DNA of 64,000 nucleotides from Williopsis jadinii (taxonomy: Eukaryota), in assembly GCA_024346625.1 (NCBI GenBank), contig AP024664.1:2480001-2544000 (forward strand). Reading direction: 5' to 3'. The first letter of the stretch is position 1. The number at the start of each line of letters is the position of its first letter. This document shows positions 58,118-64,000 of this stretch, in pieces. Made by a program: the position numbers and the translations under genes. The notes beneath the pieces are model-generated. The model saw only the letters and a list, made by a program, of their open reading frames with translations. It was not told the origin of the DNA and did no database searches.

Positions 58118-58597
58118 TGCTGGCTCTTACTCTCCGGCTGTAGTCTAACCGCTTCCTCGTTCTTCAAACGCCTTCCTCTTCCTCTCTCAATTGCGATAAA
58201 GGCAACAGTCAACTTTCGAAAACAACTCCACACACAGACACACAGAGTAGCAAAACGACACAATAAATCGATCGTTGAAGGAAACCGCCTCGCTTACACC
58301 TTTCGAATGACCTAACCGCCCTGTTGTTTCTCCTTGTGGGTTGTATATCGCCTTGTTTGTTTTGATTTGTTTTGCATTGTTTTACTTGTTTTTTTTTTCG
58401 CTCTCGTTGAAACTGAAAGGATACTCCATCCTGTGTGGCCCGTACCGTGTGATAGTATGTACTCGGCTACTTTGAACTGGCATAAAGTCCTATTGGAATG
58501 ACTGGTTTAAACAATGTTTTCTGTTATATATATAAAGAACGATGTAATAAATAAGTGGAAGAATAAATAAATATGTCGGGGTGAATAACATGTCACA

Positions 58598-59160
58598 TCA
58601 TTTGGTTCTGACGTGTTTCAACTTGCCCTTAGAATGGTAGAAGTTTCTGGAGTAGTCCTTTTGCTTGAATCTTCTCACGTTTGGCTCCTCAACAATGAAA
58701 CTCCAGCCTTGGCCTTGTGCAAACTTGATGGCAGCCTCCTTTGTATCAAACTTCATGATGGTTCCTTGCCTATTTCAAAGAGTAAAGAGTGCTCCGTTAG
58801 TACGCTGTGTCTTATGTTTCAAAGTGACGGCACCGCCAATACTTACATGTAATCACCGGACGACTGGTAACCAATGAGATCGTTCTCCCAACGGTTGCCC
58901 TTACCAAGCACGTCCCAGTCAAGCTTCCAGAAGTGCTGTCCCCAGTTACCGCTCTGGGTAGCTGGCTTCGCATCCTTGAAGATTCTAACGACCCTCTCGG
59001 TGATCAGCTCCAGTGGTGCTCCGCTGATGAGCTCCTTAGGCAACTCTCCGTGCTCTTCCTGTTTCTGAACAACTTCGCCGGCAGCTTTGGAAATCGCCCT
59101 GAATTGCGTCTGAGAAATGCTTCTCAGCACACATGGGCGGGGAGTGAATTGTCTAAGCAT
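58598..59160 (-). CDS. NUYM: Complex I accessory subunit NDUFS4 (NUYM), 2 exons (59160-58847, 58769-58598)
   Basis: 77-nt intron GTAAGT..TACTAAC..TAG joins [16 protein letters not shown] to [17 protein letters not shown]...RTK*. Confidence 0.93.
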
Positions 59161-59398
59161 CTTGTTTGTCCTCTTTTCAAAGCCTTCACCTTGTTCTGAT
59201 TTCCTTTTCAGGGGGGAAGTGTTGATTTTGTTTTTCCCTGAAGCTTTTTTTCTCTCCAGGCCAGTTTTTGTTACGGGCAGCAGACGGATAAACTACAGGC
59301 AGAGCGTTAGCATGCGACGGTTTTATAGAAACAGATGTCCATTCCCAGGGTTCTTTTGAGAGATCCATGGTTTATTTCTGTTGATTCCACCGTCGCCG

Positions 59399-60475
59399 AT
59401 GAACAATACGCTGGACTGTGCTATCAGGGACGTTGCACCTGATCTTTCTGGCGCGATACCGGCTGAGTTGAAACAACTAACATCAAGGTTGTATGCATCC
59501 TCGAGACAGAAGATTCCCTTAAGACAACAGCAGGAACTCGCAAGGCATCATCTGTGTGCGATCGTTGCGGCGACAAAGCTGTCAAGCAGACTGAATCTGA
59601 CGCCTCCATCTGTTTCAAACGTTCCGCTGCCTCCGAAACTGATCAATGAACTTGTAACGACCTTCATGACGAAACTGGACGGGCTGGGCAGTTCTTCGAA
59701 TACGCCCATAAGTACTCCTTCAAAGGCCAGAATTGTCGATTTGGATACAGCTACAACACCAATGTTACAGTCACCTTCGCTTCGAGCATCCCAACTTGCG
59801 GATCAGAGTCCCACGCCGACTCCAACCACGACTCCATCGCCTGTTAAAAGAGGAAAAGGCCGTCCTCCAGGATCCAAGAATAAAAGTAAATTCATGAAGA
59901 ACCTTGAAAAGAGAATGCCCTCGCTGTTACAGAGCGATCCAGGCTCGCCATCTACAACGTCGAAGGTTACCGAGTCTTTGAGGGACGTTGCCGGAACCTC
60001 CATTGACACGGAGAGGCACCTCTTGCTACTGACAACAAGAGAAATCGTTGTTCTGTGCAATAAATTCCAATTGGACTCCACTCTGGCAAACAACGTACTG
60101 GAAACATATCACAAGTACTGCTATAAAGTTGCCAACGAATGGATCCTGATCTGTGGCCTCATACTGAACTGCTATCTCGTCGTTAACAACAAGCTGCTGG
60201 CTGCGGTGGTGGGCTCAAAGACCAACGCCATCAAGACAATGTTCAACTTGCAAAAAGGAGGGCTCATGCTGAGTGATGTCAAGCAAAGCATCGAAATAAC
60301 AAGGCCCCTGGTGGACCATCTGCGATGGTTCAAATGCTTAAAGAAGGAGCATGATGCACATGACACCAGCTCCATCAACATCGGTGGTAACATGCTTCAC
60401 AACTACAAGTTCTGCTCAGAAGAACTACTTCATGATCAAGAGGAATGGCTCAATCACATACTCAATAGCACTTAG
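59399..60475 (+). CDS. ORC6: Origin recognition complex subunit 6
   Basis: ELARHHLCAIVA, PLPPK and a central S/TP-rich linker; near SET1 as YHR118C is. Confidence 0.85.
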   Translation: MNNTLDCAIRDVAPDLSGAIPAELKQLTSRLYASSRQKIPLRQQQELARHHLCAIVAATKLSSRLNLTPPSVSNVPLPPKLINELVTTFMTKLDGLGSSSNTPISTPSKARIVDLDTATTPMLQSPSLRASQLADQSPTPTPTTTPSPVKRGKGRPPGSKNKSKFMKNLEKRMPSLLQSDPGSPSTTSKVTESLRDVAGTSIDTERHLLLLTTREIVVLCNKFQLDSTLANNVLETYHKYCYKVANEWILICGLILNCYLVVNNKLLAAVVGSKTNAIKTMFNLQKGGLMLSDVKQSIEITRPLVDHLRWFKCLKKEHDAHDTSSINIGGNMLHNYKFCSEELLHDQEEWLNHILNST

Positions 60476-60713
60476 TTAATATGGAATAAAACATCAACGA
60501 TTCAACGGCGTGTTGTTCTCTCTGTGTAGGCAGACGGTTAGGCCCGCCTACAGAACAGGCCCCGCCTAGAGAACCTGCGCTGTGGGCAGGCACGAAAAAA
60601 TCTCTCTCCCTGGCTCTCGCTAGAAAATTTTCGTAAACAAAGCCCAACAACGAGCCTAACAACGAGCCTGCTCAGCACGCAGAGGAGAAGACAGAAAAGG
60701 ATCCTGTGGGCAG

Positions 60714-63713
60714 ATGACGGTTAAGAGGACGACTGTGAGCTCTGAGAAGAAGATCAAGGTCCAGAGGATCAGCAGCGACCTCTCGATGGGCGAGGAGATC
60801 GCTCTGGACTCATCTTCTGACAATATGGCATTGGACGTTAGTGCAGACGACGATGACTTCATAGACGAGGTTGTGAATGGCCATACAACTACAGCACGGT
60901 ACCAGGCTCACGGCGAACAAGGACAGCAGTGGCATCGTACGATCGACAACGTGGTGAAGTGTGTTGTTGCGGTGCACTTTTCCCAGACCTCGAACTTTGA
61001 CTGTGACCCGTCGGTGCTCAGCGAAGCCACAGGGTTTGTTGTTGACAGCGAAAGAGGTATCATCTTGACGAATAGACACGTTGTGGGTACTGGTCCGTTT
61101 GTGGGATCCGTCATCTTCGATAACCATGAGGAGGTCGACGTGATACCGATATACAGGGACCCTGTTCACGATTTCGGCTTCTTGAAGTTTGACCCGAAAG
61201 ATATCAAATATATGGATGTCAAGTCCTTGGAGCTGAGGCCTGAGTTGGCACAGGTTGGCTGTGAGATTAGGGTTGTTGGTAATGATGCTGGTGAGAAGCT
61301 GTCAATCTTGAGTGGATTCATATCGAGATTGGATCGTGATGCGCCTGCCTATGGTGATCTTACCTATAATGATTTCAACACAGAGTATATCCAAGCAGCG
61401 GCAAGTGCTTCTGGTGGGTCCAGTGGGTCCCCAGTGGTTAATATAGATGGCTATGCGGTGGCTTTACAAGCTGGAGGGTCTACAGAGGCGTCCACTGACT
61501 TCTTCTTGCCGTTATGGAGAGTCGTCAGAGCTCTTAAATGTATCCAGGACGACAAGCCAGTCACACGAGGCACTATTCAAGTCCAGTGGGTGTTGAAACC
61601 ATACGATGAGTGTCGTCGTTTTGGATTGACAGATGAAGCAGAGAGGAAAGCGAGAGAGAAGTTCCCCAAGAGCATTGGCCTGCTCTGTGCCGAATTGGTG
61701 CTGCCTGGAGGCCCTGCACATGGACTAATTGAAGAAGGTGACACCTTGATCTCAATCAACGGGCTGGACATTTCCACTTTCATTACCGTTGATGACATCT
61801 TGGACTCCTCCGTGGGTAAGGAGATCGAACTGTGCTTACAGAGAAGTGGCATTGATATTAAAGTCAAGTGTAAAGTTGGCGACCTGCACGCAATAACCCC
61901 AGATAGATACTTAGAAGTTGCGGGTGCTAGTTTCAACGACCTGAGTTATCAAATGGCGAGACTCTATGCTATTCCTGTCCAGGGTGTTTTTGTCAACAAC
62001 GCTACAGGCTCTTTCTTCTTGAACAGAAATGAGCCCGTGGGTTGGATGCTTGACACGGTGAACGACATCGATATCAAAGACCTGGATCAGTTCATAGACG
62101 TTATGAAGCAGATACCTGACAGATCAAGAATCCCAATCACGTTCCGTCATATCTCAGATCTGCACTCAAACTCCATGGCAACAATCTATGTGGACCGTCA
62201 TTGGTGCTCGAGTTTCAGACTGACTGTTCGAAATGACAAGACAGGCCTTTGGGACTTCACAGACTTAGGGGACCCTCTGCCACCTATCCCTCCACAGCCA
62301 AAGAGTGTCAAATTTGTCGACATCCCAGTCGACCACCCTGGGTGTGCCAAGTTGAGTAGATCGTTTATGGTGGTGACAACATATATCCATATCCCTGTGG
62401 ACTCATTCCCGTCATCGAGAAAGAGAGGATTTGGCGTGGTAATTGATTCTGAGAAGGGATACCTTCTTGTTTCCAGGCTTCACGTACCACATGACTGTCT
62501 CGATATACAAATCACAGTGGCTGAATCTTTGGTAATTCCAGGCACTGTTGTCTTCCTACATCCAACTCAAAACTATGCCATTGTTAAGTACGATCCTTCT
62601 TTGATCATTGGAGATGTTAGAACCCCAAAGTTCAGCGATGTTCCTCTGAAGAGGGGTGACAAGTGCACATTCATTGGCTTCAATCAAAACTTCAGGGTTG
62701 TGTCTACAGAGACAAAGGTTTCTGATATTTCATCTGTGAATGTTCCTAGAAACACCTATTCTCCTCGTTATAGAGGTACGAATATGGAAACTGTGTCTTT
62801 GGCTACAAACTTGAGTGATGAGTGTGGATCTGGTGTCATTGCCGATGAAGATGGTACCATTAGGGCGTTTTGGCTATCCTTTTTGGGTGAATGCCGTGAA
62901 GGCCACGATACGATCTATAAAATGGGCATTGATGTCACAGAGGTTAAGCACATTATAGAAAAACTACAAACCACCTCTGATATTCCAGTCATCAAGATTG
63001 TCGACTCTGAGTTCTATGCCATTTCACTGGACCAAGCCAGAGTTTTAGGTGTATCCGATGAGTGGATCAAGAAGGTTGAAGACTCTGGAAGAGATCGCTT
63101 CCAATTCATGGCAGTCTCTAGATCCGCAGTCCCTGAGGATCAACACAAACCGGAATTGGAACATCTGGATGTTGTCTTATCTATCGACGGCAAGCAAGTT
63201 TTCGATCAAAATGATATCAACAGATGTTATGACAAGGATACTCTTACGTTCAAGATTGTCAGAAGAAAGAGAGAGATGGATCTGGAGGTTTCAACAGCCG
63301 AGATCAAGTCTACAGACCATATTGCCATTTGGTCTGGTGTCGTTGTCCAAGCTCCACACCATGCAGTTCGTCAGTCCATGCTGAATCTCCCATCACAGGT
63401 CTATGTTACAGCTAGACCTAAAGGTTCACCAGCAGCTGGTTATGGTATCAACCCAACAAACTTCATCACGCACGTCAACGGTGTGGCAACGCCAACTGTT
63501 GATGACTTTGTGAAAGTTGTTAGAACCATCGGCACCAACACTTACTGCAAGCTGAAACTGGTGTCATTTGATAACGTTCCATTTGCCATTTCCGTCAAGA
63601 CCAACTACCACTACTACCCTACGGGCGAGCTTAAGAGAGATCCAGCTACAAACAAGTGGCTCGATATCGAGTACGATGAGAAGAACGCTGAAACCTCGTT
63701 GAAGAAGATATAA
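60714..63713 (+). CDS. NMA111: Nuclear HtrA-like serine protease
   Basis: ILTNRHVV, PVHDFG and catalytic GGSSGSP; repeated PDZ/protease architecture. Confidence 0.96.
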   Translation: MTVKRTTVSSEKKIKVQRISSDLSMGEEIALDSSSDNMALDVSADDDDFIDEVVNGHTTTARYQAHGEQGQQWHRTIDNVVKCVVAVHFSQTSNFDCDPSVLSEATGFVVDSERGIILTNRHVVGTGPFVGSVIFDNHEEVDVIPIYRDPVHDFGFLKFDPKDIKYMDVKSLELRPELAQVGCEIRVVGNDAGEKLSILSGFISRLDRDAPAYGDLTYNDFNTEYIQAAASASGGSSGSPVVNIDGYAVALQAGGSTEASTDFFLPLWRVVRALKCIQDDKPVTRGTIQVQWVLKPYDECRRFGLTDEAERKAREKFPKSIGLLCAELVLPGGPAHGLIEEGDTLISINGLDISTFITVDDILDSSVGKEIELCLQRSGIDIKVKCKVGDLHAITPDRYLEVAGASFNDLSYQMARLYAIPVQGVFVNNATGSFFLNRNEPVGWMLDTVNDIDIKDLDQFIDVMKQIPDRSRIPITFRHISDLHSNSMATIYVDRHWCSSFRLTVRNDKTGLWDFTDLGDPLPPIPPQPKSVKFVDIPVDHPGCAKLSRSFMVVTTYIHIPVDSFPSSRKRGFGVVIDSEKGYLLVSRLHVPHDCLDIQITVAESLVIPGTVVFLHPTQNYAIVKYDPSLIIGDVRTPKFSDVPLKRGDKCTFIGFNQNFRVVSTETKVSDISSVNVPRNTYSPRYRGTNMETVSLATNLSDECGSGVIADEDGTIRAFWLSFLGECREGHDTIYKMGIDVTEVKHIIEKLQTTSDIPVIKIVDSEFYAISLDQARVLGVSDEWIKKVEDSGRDRFQFMAVSRSAVPEDQHKPELEHLDVVLSIDGKQVFDQNDINRCYDKDTLTFKIVRRKREMDLEVSTAEIKSTDHIAIWSGVVVQAPHHAVRQSMLNLPSQVYVTARPKGSPAAGYGINPTNFITHVNGVATPTVDDFVKVVRTIGTNTYCKLKLVSFDNVPFAISVKTNYHYYPTGELKRDPATNKWLDIEYDEKNAETSLKKI

Positions 63714-63839
63714 ACTGGACAAATCATTGGTATATCAACACCTCTCCTTGGTGAAAACTACATCTGTAGTGGTGTAACTATGTATAATGAAAAGAACCGT
63801 GTTGTAGTTGTTATGTATGTACATGTTGCGGACCCACAT

Positions 63840-63936
63840 TCAGTGGTATGGAAGCAATTTTTTGAGTCTCTTGGTCTGCTCCTTTGTGCTCATCACTTTA
63901 GAACCATCACCTTTCAGAACACCAGAGCTCCAGCCG

Positions 63937-63938
<2 letters not shown>
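63840..63938 (-). CDS. MRP35: 3' part of mitochondrial ribosomal protein bL35m, cut off by rDNA sequence
   Basis: Reads TGWSSGVLKGDGSKVMSTKEQTKRLKKLLPYH*, matching the YNL122C-type GWS...LKRLLPYH end. Convergent with NMA111, as in S. cerevisiae. Confidence 0.85.

Positions 63939-64000
<62 letters not shown>
63937..64000 (+). rRNA. Ectopic 25S rDNA fragment (runs off window)
   Basis: 64/64 identical to 1818-1881 of this window. Confidence 0.97.

Noticed and set aside
63937..64000. rDNA fragment acting as a spliceosomal intron in MRP35 (CACTAAT..CATAG on minus strand)
   Set aside because: Several AGs lie closer to the putative branch, and splicing at CATAG would not restore the expected Asn codon. 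The donor side is outside the window.

Overview
Budding-yeast (Saccharomycotina) nuclear DNA. It uses the standard code (CTG=Leu in the conserved GAT1 finger 'GLFLKLHG'), retains a complex I subunit and has short introns with degenerate signals, which fits Phaffomycetaceae/Cyberlindnera (inference only). The window opens in what appears to be the last unit of an rDNA array: partial 25S (1-2956), 3'ETS/IGS1 with short repeats, an antisense 5S (4068-4188), and an IGS2 made of a 175-bp satellite. The array stops before any 18S. Next come ~5 kb without intact genes, holding two tandem ~2.2-kb decayed paralogues. A dense gene block follows: Zn2Cys6 TF/PYD3, GAT1, OSW2, ERG3, CAF16, SPT8, GYP8, CAK1, an orphan, ESBP6, SPC98, an F-box/LRR gene, FAR11, LSM12, TEP1, TOM22, CPT1/EPT1, CIA2, NRK1, KRE33, NDT80, NAF1, MSH1, SET1, NDUFS4, ORC6 and NMA111. 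Most of these are neighbours in S. cerevisiae (YFL02x/YLR05x and YNL12x-13x/YHR118-124). The most striking item is at the right end: the 3' half of MRP35 (bL35m) is joined directly to a perfect copy of 25S rDNA that begins at the I-PpoI/R2 target site. Other highlights are the length-locked satellite, an NDT80 5'UTR intron that removes inhibitory uATGs, and eight introns reconstructed by hand. Gene names come from motif recognition and remembered synteny; no searches were run.
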